A stretch of 58,403 nt of DNA, the filler included, from Sphacelaria rigidula (Eukaryota): NCBI GenBank assembly GCA_964200075.2. It is 8 parts of 8 records of this genome, joined end to end, with 100 filler letters (N's around TTAATTAATTAA, not from the genome) between each part and the next. Parts side by side here need not be neighbours in the genome. Positions count along the whole stretch, not along the records: positions 1 to 7,214 come from CAXNAA020015935.1; positions 7,315 to 14,527 come from CAXNAA020015936.1; 6 more parts are not named here. One strand, written 5' to 3'. The notes under the pieces were generated by a model. It did not search any database, was not told the origin of the DNA, and saw only the letters and a program-made list of their open reading frames with translations. Positions 1 to 11,800 of this stretch are shown in pieces (the stretch's first letter is position 1; each line of letters begins with the position of its first letter). A program made the translations under genes and the position numbers.

Positions 1-1371
1 TTCCTTGACCAAGCGCTCACGTATTCTCTACCTCGCGTACGTGCATCGTGTGGCCACAGCTGGGTGGATCTCTCTGGCAACAGTTGATGCGCGACAATCG
101 ACTGTGAAACTTCAAAATCAAACACCAAACCCTAATCCCAAGATGGACGCATCGTCGTGTTTGACCATCACGGGCTATATTGTCACAACACCAGGAGGCA
201 CCTCGCTCTCGTGTTGGTACTCCGGCGTTTCGAGCAGAGCAGGAACGAAGGTTCACTGCTACGGCACCTCCCGCCCCAATGCCAACAGTAACTCACCCGT
301 GGCTTCCCCTTTTGCAGGAATGAAGCGCATGGAGCTGCATTTGTCGGCGATCCAGTGTTCAAAGGCCGACGGCTTAGCTTCCTCCAGCACCTCCTCCTCT
401 GCCCCCCCCTCCTTCTCCTCCTCCTGTGATCCCTGCCCCCCCGCCTCCTCGCCCTCCTCGTCCTCGTCCTCCACATGGTTGAATATTTCGTCGTCGGTAA
501 GAGCTCTGCCAAGAGCGGTCTCCATCTAACTCGTTCCAAACGACCGGCGGGTAGACAATATCGTTCGAGAGTGACGTCAAGATACTGTCAGCAGTCAGTC
601 TAAGGTTCGTTGTCGTTCCTGGGCGGTGTTACGAGTGCATTGTGCTCGACACCCGGGGAGAAGCCGACCGAGCGTGACATGATCACTTTAGGCGGCCTCT
701 CTTCGACATGCTAGACTTCGGCCATACCGCGTACCCCGCAAGGCCTCGTCCACTACGGGCGTTTCCTGGAGCGCCGGTGCGCAAAAGCAAACAACGCAGA
801 ACATTGCTCAAACGCGAGACTGGACAAGCGCAGTTCGCAGCGGAGCCATGACGCCAGTCTCTTCGCCGCATATCCTTCGTCTGCGACTCGTGCTTTCCAC
901 TTGTGTGTAGTTCACCCACCTGTTCTCGGCTGTAGGATCCGCCGATGATATGTTTACGGTCCGCGGTCATGACAAGGTCTGGCCTAACCCCGAACTCGTA
1001 CGTACCCCCTCCGTTCACCCACGTGTTGGGTGGCGGAAGCTCTCCTGTGATGGAAAACGGCGTAGGTTGGTACTACACACGTTGAGCATCAAGATCTTGT
1101 TAGTACATAAAAGACAGAAATAAATGTCGTCCGTCGTTTTTCGGAAAAAATGAATAGGACGCTTTCTCTGTTTTTTTAGGGAACACAATTCCGTGCCGTA
1201 AGTACACAACACCGAGTGAGAAGTTGAACGTTTCCTCCTCGTGTATGCATGCGCGCCTGAGGGAGAGACAGCCCTCACACAACGCCCGAGGTGCTGGCGT
1301 ATGCTGGTGTGGCCTGTCTGCGGGATTGCGGGCGACGGGATACACTGCTGTTGTACATTGAACGTGAGAGC

Positions 1372-1960
1372 AAGAACTCCGCAATGTGGTCCGACGACAG
1401 CAAACGTCTTCCACTGCTGTACTCGCCACCACAGACCCTTCCTCGTCAAATACGGGTCTACAGCGGTAGCGAGTGGTACCAACTACTGCTGTGGACCCGC
1501 ACAGGGAGTGAGTTATGGAGAGCCGCAATCCGCAGCGGTACGGTACCTCCAGAACTACGCAATTTGCGCATGGAAAGCCAGCAGCGAACAACATCTTCCA
1601 CTACTGTATTCGCCTCCCGACCTCTCCCTTACCTTCACGGGTGTCACGAGTAAAAATCAGCCTAAAGGAGGGTGTGATGCACGTTGACATACTCATACCG
1701 CTCGCAGGGAACAAGTTATCGAGAGCCGTAGCAGTACGCAGCAGTACCTCCTCCAGAACTCCGCAATCTGCACCCACAGCAAATATCTTGCAGTGCTGTA
1801 ATCGCCACCACAGACCCTGACCTGCTCAAGTACGGGTCTTCAGCAGTAGCCAATGGTGCCAACGACTGCTGTGGACCCGCAATTTAGGAGGTTGAGGTCT
1901 GTGGTGGCGAGCACGCAGCAGTGGATGCTTTCTGTCGTCGGCCCAGATTTGCAGAGTTTT
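1372..1960. repeat. Degenerate local repeat cluster: three direct copies and one inverted partial copy
   Basis: aactccgcaat...catcttccactgctgtactcgccaccacagaccc...ctgctgtggacccgc at ~1375, ~1553 (partial) and ~1757; reverse-complement copy at ~1895-1960. Confidence 0.6.
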
Positions 1961-3442
1961 CACCTACTGCTGCGGCTCTCGATAACTCCGCCCCAACAGC
2001 AGATCTGCAGATGCCAACACGCATCGCACCCTTCTCCATGATGTCCTATACTGATATAGCCGGGTTTTGTACAGGAAATCTCAACCCAAACCTTGATACT
2101 GACGCCCGCAAAATGGCCTGTTTTGTCTTCATTTTGGAATAGGCGCGAAAACAAATTGATTCCGGCCCACGTGCGGAGGGTGGTATCTCACGTGATACAC
2201 ATGCAAAGAGTCGCCCCATTCGTCGCTGTGTGAGCGAATCAACCCCTCTCTTCCTGCGCAATACTTCCCTACTGGTCTGGTGGATCTGCTGTGTGGTTGG
2301 TGTGTGCTTTCTTGGGCATTTTAGAGTTGCCCAACTCCAAATATCGGTCTCTCCCTCATCACGGTTCTTTGTAGAGGCGGCAGTCCGGATACGACAAGGG
2401 ACAAGGTAGTGGCATACGTATGCATAAATTTTCTGCGATCCGCTTCCGCGGTAGCATACCCACGTTCCATTCAGTGCCTTACCGCCCACGTTCTTTCTTC
2501 GCATTTCCTTCTTTCATCGGTAGGATACACCATTTGTTCTGTTTCTTCTATAACTTGAGAGGTTATGTGGCATTGGTACTACATTTGGCAAGGGTTTCGT
2601 TTGTCCTATGAGGGTTTTGGTTTTACCCTTGCATCTGGGTTGGTTTTAGGTCGAGTGTATATGCTTTCGCGACGGGTTTCCCCCCGATACCCGAGTTTCC
2701 TCTTGCCTCTCACTTCCGGTTGTTGATCACCTACAATTAATTACAACGGCCGAGAGCTTCTCCTTCCTCCTGTTTCATCTCTCCATTCAATCTTCAGGCA
2801 TTCCTCTTGTGGGAAATTCATGTCTTCCGTTAAGGAATGGGTGATGCTGTTTCCAAATCGCGACTTGGAAAGGTTTTGTCCACCTCCAGCTGGGATCTGA
2901 CTACCCGTCCGCGTTCGTCTCATGTGCCTCGAATCGACAACACATCACCCGTAATACACTCACACAGTCTGTAGCCATCGTTCATGCCATCGCATGGTGC
3001 AAATGGCCTGGTAGTGCAGGAGAAACGCGCCTGCTGCACACAGTGCCAAAACATACCGCCAACCGACCGGAGATTGACATGAGCTATGTTCAAGTCGCGA
3101 CTTGGACGTAGCTTATGTCCACCTCCAGCGATTAGAATACCTGTTCGCGCTCGTTTCATGTGCCTTGCATCGACACCACAGCACCTGATATACATTCACA
3201 CAGTTCGTAGCCACCATTCAAGTAATCGCACGGTGCAAACGGCCTTGCAACGGTGGAGAAACGCGCCTGCTGCACAGTGCCAAAAAAGGCCGCCACCCGA
3301 CTGGAGGCGGACATAAGCTACTATGTCCAAGTCGCGAGTTGGGCGTACCTTATGTCTACCTCCAGCGAGCTGAACACCTGTCCGCGTTCGTCCCACGCGA
3401 CTTGTATGGACACCACAGAAGCTGCAATACACTCACACAGTC

Positions 3443-3653
3443 TGTAGTGCGTGAGAGTACCGCGTGCTCAGAGGGCCGCGCCGTAGTTCAAAACTCCTCA
3501 GGATCGATGTTTTTCAAAACCAATCGGGCCAGTTCCTGCAAGTACTACGCCCCTGACTATAATCCCAACACTAACCCTGACCCTAACCCTAACCGTAGGG
3601 ATGTTCATATTCCGATGCGGTCCTTTGAGCCCGCGGTCCCCTCACGCATTAAA
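3443..3653 (+). mobile_element. Telomeric-repeat MITE, copy 1 (TGT...ACA family)
   Basis: Degenerate ~38-bp TIRs, internal (CCCTAA)-like tract, 5-bp TSD cagtc on both sides; inserted in the left arm of the foldback element. Confidence 0.88.
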
Positions 3654-4866
3654 CAGTCCGTAGCCATCGTTCGAGCTATCGTGCGGTGCAAATGGCGTCG
3701 TAGCGGACGAGAAACCCGCCTGCTACACACAACCAAACAATAACGCCACCCGACTGGAGGTGGACATGAGCTATGTCTAAGGCGCGACTTGGCGAGTTGG
3801 GTAAAGGTTACGTCCAACTCCAGCGAGTGGAATACCTATCCGCGCTCGTCTCATGTGCCTTGCATTGACACCACATCACCCGTAATACACTCACACAGTC
3901 TGTAGCCACCGTTCAAGCCATCGTTGGGGGCAAACGGCCTGGTAGTGCAGGAGAAACGCGCCTGCTGCACACAGACCCAAAAATACATCTGCACCAGACT
4001 GGACTTGGACATAGCTTTGTCAAAAACGCAACTTAGGCAACTTGGACATAAGCTATGTTGGCAGGAGGTATGGGAGCTCGTAATCATGTGCTTGCGATTG
4101 ATAGCGGTCGCGTTGCAGACAAGAACGCCAACAGGTGATTGCCGATGGTACGTTCTACCCGCATTGTTCCGCGATGCACTTAGGTTTAAGCCAGCGTAAT
4201 TAGCATGTATCGTATCTACAGACAGTGTCCAACAAACTAGAAATCTACACGCTGCTCAGCTGTCTGGCGTCGCACGTTATCTACGTACGCTGCATGTGTA
4301 ATCTGGGACTGTTGGGTATGAAGTGCGGATAACGCATACAAGCCTCGGATATGGCTCAATGACTCGACCCTTTCTTCGTCGCACCGGCGATGTCCTCGAC
4401 ACACAACTAGTGGGTCGAATTCCCACGGCTGAAGGAGCTGCGAGGAAGAAGGCCAAAGGCTACAGCACCGTGATACTGCTCCCGCGTGCTTTAGCTTTGC
4501 ACCACACGATGGCTTGAAAGGTGGCTACATACTATGTGAGTGTATTGCAGCTGCTGTGGTGTCGATACTAGGCACATGGGACGAGCGCGGATAGGTATTT
4601 CACTCGCTGGAGTTGGGCATGCAGTAGCTCATGATGTCCACCTCCAGTCGATTGGCGGTATTTTTTGCCACTGTGTGTAGCACGCGTGTTTCTCGTCCGC
4701 GACGACACCGTTAGCAGCGCACGATAGCTTGAACGATGGCTACGGACTGTGTGAGTGTATTGCAGCTGCTGTGGTGTCCACACAAATCGCATGGGACGAG
4801 CGCGGACAGATATTCAGCTCGCTGGAGGTGGACATGAGCTACCCCCAACTCGCGACTTGGATATAG

Positions 4867-5077
4867 TGTAACGCGTGAGAGAACCGCGTGCTTAGAGGCC
4901 CGCGCCGTAGTTAAAAATACCTCAGGATCGACGTTCTCCAAAACCAATCGAGTCAGCCCCTGCAGGTACCGCGCCCCTGACCCTAACCCCAGCACTAACC
5001 CTTACCCTAACCCTAACCATAAGAATATTCAAGTTCCGATGCGGTCCTCTAAGCACGCGGTCCTCTCACGCATTACA
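4867..5077 (+). mobile_element. Telomeric-repeat MITE, copy 2
   Basis: TGTAACGCGTGAGAG...CTCTCACGCATTACA, internal ccctaa units; TSD atag (4 bp visible; the empty site cttggacatagtagctt is seen in the opposite arm). Confidence 0.88.
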
Positions 5078-7214
5078 ATAGTAGCTTATGTACGCCTCCA
5101 GTCGGGTGGCGGCCTTTTTTGGCACTGTGCAGTAGGCGCGTTTCTTCACCGCTACGAGGCCGTTTGCACCGTGCGATCACTTGAATGGTGGCTACCGACT
5201 GTGTGAGTGTATATCAGGTGCTGTGGTGTCCATTCGGGTATTCTAATCGCTGGAGGTGGACATAAGCCATGTCAAAGTCGCGACTTGGACATAGCTTATG
5301 ACCATCTCCGGTCGGTTGGCGGTGTTTTTTGGCACTGTGTGCAGCAGGTGCGTTTCTCGACCGCTACGAGACCATTTGCACCGTGAGATGGCTTGAACGA
5401 TAGCTACGGGCTGTGTGGGTGTATTCCGGTTGCTATGTTGTCGATGCAAGGTACATGAGACGAACGCGGGCGGGTAGTCAGATCCCAGCTGGAGGTGGAC
5501 ATAAGCCATGTCCAAGTCGCGACTTGGACATGGCTTATGTCCAAGTCGCGACTGAGACATGAAATATGTCCAAGTCGCGACTTGAAAATAGCATTTCCCT
5601 TCAGGAATATATGCTTCATGGCCAAAACATCACGTCTATCTCCAGTCTTCTCTTCCTCCCGCCCCGCTACACTGCCTTCACCCTGACCAAAAACACACAT
5701 AATGCCTATTTGGAGTCATCAACAACGGGAGAATACACTCGACTTCATTTCGCGAACAGAGCAGCATGTTCCGCACGTCTTCCTTACCCCAACTGTCCTC
5801 ATCACGTCCTGCACCCCCAACATCCGTCCCCTGCAACTTATTTCCTTCGGCCCCAATTTTCCTTCGCGTCTGACACCCCTTCTGGGCCCAGCGCCGATGG
5901 AGGGGGGGGGCGCCGATTCCTTGAACTAGTAAAGCATATTGCATCTGAACGTGGTTCATATCTAGCCAGCAAGCACTTGTAGTCCTCAACGCTCTCGAAT
6001 TGAGCAAGCCCGAATACAGACAGTACATGGTATCTTCATTGAGAGTGGAGAACGCTATATCGCTTCTTCCGTACTTCAAGAGAGCCGCGAAATACTGGAA
6101 GGACAAACAAGACGTTTTCTGGTTGACGGCGATAGTGGACGCGATGGTGATGTCGAGGTCCCGCTGACTGCATGTGGCAACATGCAATAGCCACTGCACC
6201 CCGTGACCAAATCTGTCGCCTTCGTCGTGCATCAAGAATACTTGGCAACCAAGGAAGTACCCACGATATACATGGAACTTGCGTTGCTTGCTATAGTAGG
6301 CGGTACTCCTCGTGCAGGATGCCTTTTTTTCCACATGCTGTGCAGTCAAGTATGTCGTCCACACACACACACGGACACACACACGCTGCCACTGCAGCTA
6401 GAGACCCAAGTTATTGGACGTCCAGCGTCGTCAAGTACGAAACAAAAGGATAGAGTCTTGTAGGGAAACGCTGAGGGAGTCTCGAACCGACAAAGTCGAA
6501 TCGATCGCGGATAGTCTTGGCACAGCCCGAGCAAGGTTGCGCGATCGTGGCTCACCTTCGGCGTCCCCCGGCTGCGGAGCGTCGAAATAGTTCTTCAGAG
6601 TCACGATCAGCTCTTGGTTCTCTACCTCTCCCATGTCCGCAGATTCAACAGCCTCCTTCAGTTTCGCGGGCACGGTCGCTTTGAGACCTGCGATGGCCCT
6701 GTGTGTGAGCTCTTCCGGGCTCAGATCGGTGTCGGGCTCACCCTGCGACGCAGTGGGTCGTGCGAAAAACGTCCGGTCGGACGGAGCAACAGTTGGACAC
6801 GGTGGTCACGAGAGTGATTGCTAAGTCGAGCTTGCTGCATCAGAGCTTCAGTGGTCAATACCGAGACGAACATCGGCCACTGTCTGTGCCTGTGGGTCTT
6901 GATATGGTCATGTAGATATCTCACGGTACGACTTACCGGTGTAGCATGTGGGTGATATCCAGGCGATACCCGACCGCGAGGGCAAGCGATCGAAGCCTAC
7001 ATGATCCGCGTTTCGGCGTGCTGTGCGTGTGAAATATCGAAGAAAAGCAAACCCTACCTTGCCAATGTGTGTATTCCACCAGTCGTACAGCGTACCACCG
7101 CCCAAGTCCGCAGCCATCACACACGCCATCGCTATGCCCGTGATCCACACGTGGAACTGGGTCACCGTCTTGCCCTCGAGAGAAGGGTGAACGTCTTCGA
7201 CTAATCACGTACAC

Positions 7215-7314
7215 NNNNNNNNNNNNNNNNNNNNNNNNNNNNNNNNNNNNNNNNNNNNTTAATTAATTAANNNNNNNNNNNNNNNNNNNNNNNNNNNNNN
7301 NNNNNNNNNNNNNN
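7215..7314. other. Artificial 100-bp contig linker (44 N + TTAATTAATTAA + 44 N); same linker at 14528-14627, 21841-21940, 29154-29253, 36467-36566, 43780-43879, 51092-51191
   Basis: Seven identical linkers; the 12-mer puts stops in all six frames; the intervening segments are 7214, 7213 (x5) and 7212 (x2) bp, i.e. length-sorted contigs. Confidence 0.97.
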
Positions 7315-8153
7315 GTCAGTCCATTGCAACAAAAGATCCCCTCTTTCATGAAAAACCGATCAGTGCCTGAAACAGTTTCAGTTCCGAAATGCCCCCCAGG
7401 CGTAAAAATGCTCTGTGCGGTATGTCACCAACGAGACCGCCGAATTCTTCGAATGGGGTACTGTACGGTAGCTGCATGCACAGCACGTGTGCTCAAGCAA
7501 AAAAAAAGGGGGGGAAAGTTGCCTGTTAAGAACGCTAGAGCATCCACTCTGAATCTGAAACTACCCTCTGAATCTCACGAATATAGTGTTAGTAGCGTTA
7601 TTCTGTGAACTCCAAATTACGGCGCTTGTTGGCTAAATAATCGTAACCGCCTCCCAAAATCACTGTTTTTAGGGCCGCTACTAACGGGTTGCATTCTTCG
7701 TACTTTTCATCCATTTTCGGAGAATTTCGGACTTACAAAATAAAATGCAGAAACAGTGCAACGTGAAATTTTCACGGTAAACACTGTTTTCGTGAGATTG
7801 AGAGCAGAGCATTGAGAGTAGCTTTTATCATTCGCTTTAACTCAACCAATTTCACATTCTCTGTGTGTTTTCTGTGCCTGTAACACTGACGTGCTTCCAG
7901 CTACACGTTGATATCCTACACAGGGATATCAAGGGGCTTCAGTGGCGATCTACTACAGAAAGCGCATCGGGCCTCTTGGAGGGGCATCTCGGAGCTGAAA
8001 CTATCTATTATTTATTCATTGACCGCTTCTCACTCTCACTTGTATCCTCTTCTCTCAATCTAACGAAAGCATTGTCAGTAGTAACGTGTACTGGGTCTTC
8101 AATATTCTACTCCTTGACCTGGTTGAGGAATCTGCTCTTTTCACATTTTTTGG

Positions 8154-8410
8154 GAGTAATACTACGGGAGGGGTGCACAACTACTTTCTGAGGTTAGAAT
8201 TTTTAGGAGCCCTCTATCTCAATGACAATCCCAAACAAGACTCTTGAAATAATCGAGAGTATGCCAGGATTGCTATTCTAATGTGCTAGGGATACCCCGA
8301 GCGAATTTGCAACCGGGGTTGCCTGACCCATATTCTTGTGCGTCTGGAACCGTTAGGAGCCCCCTGACAAGATTTTGCGCAAACCGTGCACCCCTACCGT
8401 AGCATTGCTC
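8154..8410. mobile_element. GAG-ended MITE (Sola2-like termini), copy A
   Basis: Left end gagtaatactacgggaggggtgcac, right end gtgcacccctaccgtagcattgctc; flanking direct repeat tttgg. Confidence 0.7.
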
Positions 8411-8734
8411 TTTGGGAGGAGTTTTTTTATGGAAGAAATCTGGAGAGTCTGAAGAAGAACAATCGTCCATTAATGATGACACTTGAGGATTTTCATTTTT
8501 CATTTTTTTTTCACTTTTCCGGGAAATTTTCCTGCTTGGAAAAAAAAGCAAAAAGAGAGATATAACGCTAGATTTGCGAATAATATCTAGTCAGTCTTGA
8601 AATGTTTGATCTTTCATCTGGCTGAAATAATTTGTCACATTTTTCGGGAAAGCTTTTCTTTTCTGGGAAAATAGGAAAAGCCAGGAAGAAACAGCCCCGG
8701 TAACAGCAACCCTTGAGCATACACTCGGTCCAAA

Positions 8735-8761
8735 AAGCACGCGGTCCTCCCACGCATTACA
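8735..8761. mobile_element. Isolated right TIR of the TGT...ACA MITE family attached to a different internal sequence (longer relative)
   Basis: aagcacgcggtcctcccacgcattaca matches the family TIR; upstream sequence is A/T-rich and lacks the CCCTAA core; no left end found in this contig. Confidence 0.7.
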
Positions 8762-8839
8762 CTCGGGTGCCGGCCACGCTCACACACATGTATGTACACG
8801 AGCGAACGGTAGCGACAGCCTACTGCGAAAGTAGCAACA

Positions 8840-11800
8840 TCATATCCGGCCCTCGAGTCAGTACAGTGTAGACACTGGCGGACAAATTCGCGTACATGAG
8901 TTTCTATCCCCTGCCAGACACAAAACTCTTGCAAGCGCACGAGCGTCGCAGCCACACCACGATGCCCGGCGTCGCGCATGTGCGCGCAAATCATCAGATG
9001 TACCTGCAACTGCTTGTCAGAACCCGGAATCCACAAAACGTTTCGGCCGCGCACCTGCACACGAAACAGACCTTCATTGTCCAAGATAGCAGTACCAGCG
9101 TCCGACTCAAAAGATTACACACCCGCATCTTCGGCCCCAAGGTCTTTTCGTTGCGCTTGGCGAACAACAGATTTGGACGGCATCGAGTCGTCAGGTTCAC
9201 ACGGACCATACACAGCCACAGCACGCGCAGGCAAAGCCGGAATATTCACCAAACGCAAAAGCAAGTCACCCCACGCGTTACGGTCTCCCGAAATATGGCA
9301 AATCGAGTAACGGTACTGGCCAAGAACAGCTTTCCAACCCCCCAAACGTTGTGCCAATGCTTTCGACACAGACGTAACGCACGCTTCCGGGTTGAAAACA
9401 TACTAGAGATTTCGGTGATCCATGAAAATGTGCACTCCATCCCACAAAAGATGCTCCAAACGACGAAATGTGCTTAAGATAGCAAAACATTCCTCATCAA
9501 TTGTGGCCCAACGCAACTGCGAACCCTCAAAATCACCACTGAGGAAAGCCAGTGGTTCATGCGTGTCCTCAACTGGCAGGTAGGTGTCTTTGCATTTCCG
9601 CTCTAGGTACCTGCGTAACGAAACTGCCCCAATGACACTCAGATGCATCCGGAAACATTAGCACCTGATGATCAGGACGAGGATGGAGCAGCGTCATGGC
9701 GTGAGCCACCAGATCCTTCGCTGCCGCCCATGCCTGCAACCTACCCTCCGTCCACGATGCAGGCGGAATAGCGCGGTTTTTTGCAACATGCTTCATCCGC
9801 CTCGCAGCACCCGCCACGAGTTCTTCGAGGAAAAAACGCAAGGGAGCTACGGTTTCTGCCATACGCGGCAACGAGGTACGCAGTCAATTCACGGCCTGCA
9901 GGAATTCATGAGTTCGGCGGCCGTCTCCGGGCGCCGCATGTCAGACAAGCTTTGCAATCTGACAGGGTCATGAGATACGCGTCCGTGTGAGTACAGTTTC
10001 CGACACCATACGAGTTCACTAGCGAAGAAAGTGCATTTTGGCGCCGCCGCAAACAAACCAACATTTTCTAAACGGGCCAAGATAGCATCAAGCGTGTCTA
10101 AAAGTTCGTCTTCCATATCCGCAAAAAAACACATCATCCACCCATATCTTGCATTTCAAGCCGACAAGCAGTTCCATCATGATACCTTGAAAATATACCG
10201 TGGCATTCAACACGCCTTGTGGTACTCGCTTCGGGGTAAACAAGCCTAATGGGGTCGTGATTGTGAAAATCACCTGCGCCTCCTGCACCAACGGCATCTG
10301 CCAATAACCTTGGAGAGGTCCAACTTGCCAAAAAAACGAGCACTCAAGAGATCACGTATGTCCGACTCTTGATTGGGCATCACACCCGAGCAATGCTACG
10401 ACAGGGGTTGCACTTTTTGTTTCTGGGTCTCGTTTTTGTAGGTGCACAAATATATGGGGCTTACTGTGCAGCCCAAATATCTGGGGACAGGGCATGGAGA
10501 TGCACACAGGGGCCTTTTCGTGAATCGGCATCATTTTCAGTCTTTTCCAAGTGAAAATGATGCCGACTCTCAAAATGATCCGTGCAACACTCCGACAAAT
10601 ATTTTCGCTCAAAAAGTGCAACCCTACCGTAGCATCACTCACCCGGCGACTTCTCAACCTGATCATTTACGGCCTCGTAGTCACTTACCACGCGAAACGA
10701 GTCTTTATTTGGAACCGCCATTGCCGGACTGGACCATACCGCCTGCAGGTTCCGCACTACCAATCCAAGTGCCGAAAGAGCCGCCATGCACGACGCCAAC
10801 CAACTCGACTTCACCGGATCGTACCGCCGCGGCTTCGCCTTCACCGCGGATGCCCCAGGTTTCAGCTGAACACGCATGGGCTCCACGCGCGCAGGGGCAT
10901 CACCCCGCAGTGCACGACGGAACGCGTTGACGCGGCGATGCAAGACGCCGCGCAGGCCTTCCGCTTTGGGGACGCTGAGGCCTTTCGCCACAGCATCCGT
11001 CACGCTCTCCTCAAGCGCGACTTTCCGAGCGGACTCCTCTTCCGCCGGGTCCATAAACATATCCGGGCCGCGCTCTAGTAAGCGTTCCACCGCCGTATCC
11101 CGCTCCTCGGTCACCTGCTGCCCAGCCTCCTGAAAAGCATCCACCGACAAGCTCACGCGACGACTGCCCAAAAAGGCGGTCGTCTCCACGTGCGGACCAG
11201 GTGGAGACATCCGCGTCTTGATGGAGTCCTTCAACCGTCCATACGGGTCGACTCCTAGATCCTGTAGCGTCGGTAGCCCCAGAAGAACAACGCCATCCGA
11301 CCCTGGCATAATCGCGAACGAGATCGGAGGCAAATAATCGCAAACGAGATCGGAGGCAACGGCGCCAGCCCCCAAGCAGTCTTGAAGGCTAGCTGCAACG
11401 GAACAGTACGCTGCGTGACTGAAACATGCTGACCTGACGCGGGGACTGCCTGCCGCGCTCCGACCGAAAACGGGATGCGCAGCGGCACACCCGGGAGTTG
11501 TCGCTCCAGCATCTCAACCATCTGCACCGGCAGACAAGTAAAATGGGCGCCAGAATCCAACACAGACCGAACCACAATGGCTCCACGATGCCGTTGATTC
11601 GGAAGACATAACTCCGCCGGAATGTATCTGTCGGCAAGCTCCACGGAAACTTTTTCCGCTGACCTATGCGCCGCGAATCCCACTTGACGCCACGGCTGCG
11701 CAAACTGCGTAGGCGAAGACGCCCCGGCAGGTTCAAACGGCACCGCCGGTGGGTACACCCCCCAGCCAGCAGACCAAGAATTCGGCGACCCCCCGACCAG

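Larger units (their letters stand above)
2839..5599. mobile_element. Non-autonomous Mutator/foldback-like DNA transposon with ~1.1-1.2 kb TIRs made of ~240-bp tandem units
   Basis: Left arm ~2839-4050 is the reverse complement of right arm ~4535-5599; GGG...CCC termini; 9-bp TSD ttaaggaat (2830-2838) / ttcaggaat (5600-5608), 8/9 match; no transposase ORF. Confidence 0.75.

Noticed and set aside
2860-5585. Regularly spaced palindromic repeats resembling a CRISPR array
   Set aside because: The intervening segments are ~180 bp and homologous to each other, there are no cas genes and the context is eukaryotic; they are subunits of a foldback TIR.
7259-7270. TTAATTAATTAA motif and ORFs ending in XXXLIN
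   Set aside because: Artificial gap linker, not biological.
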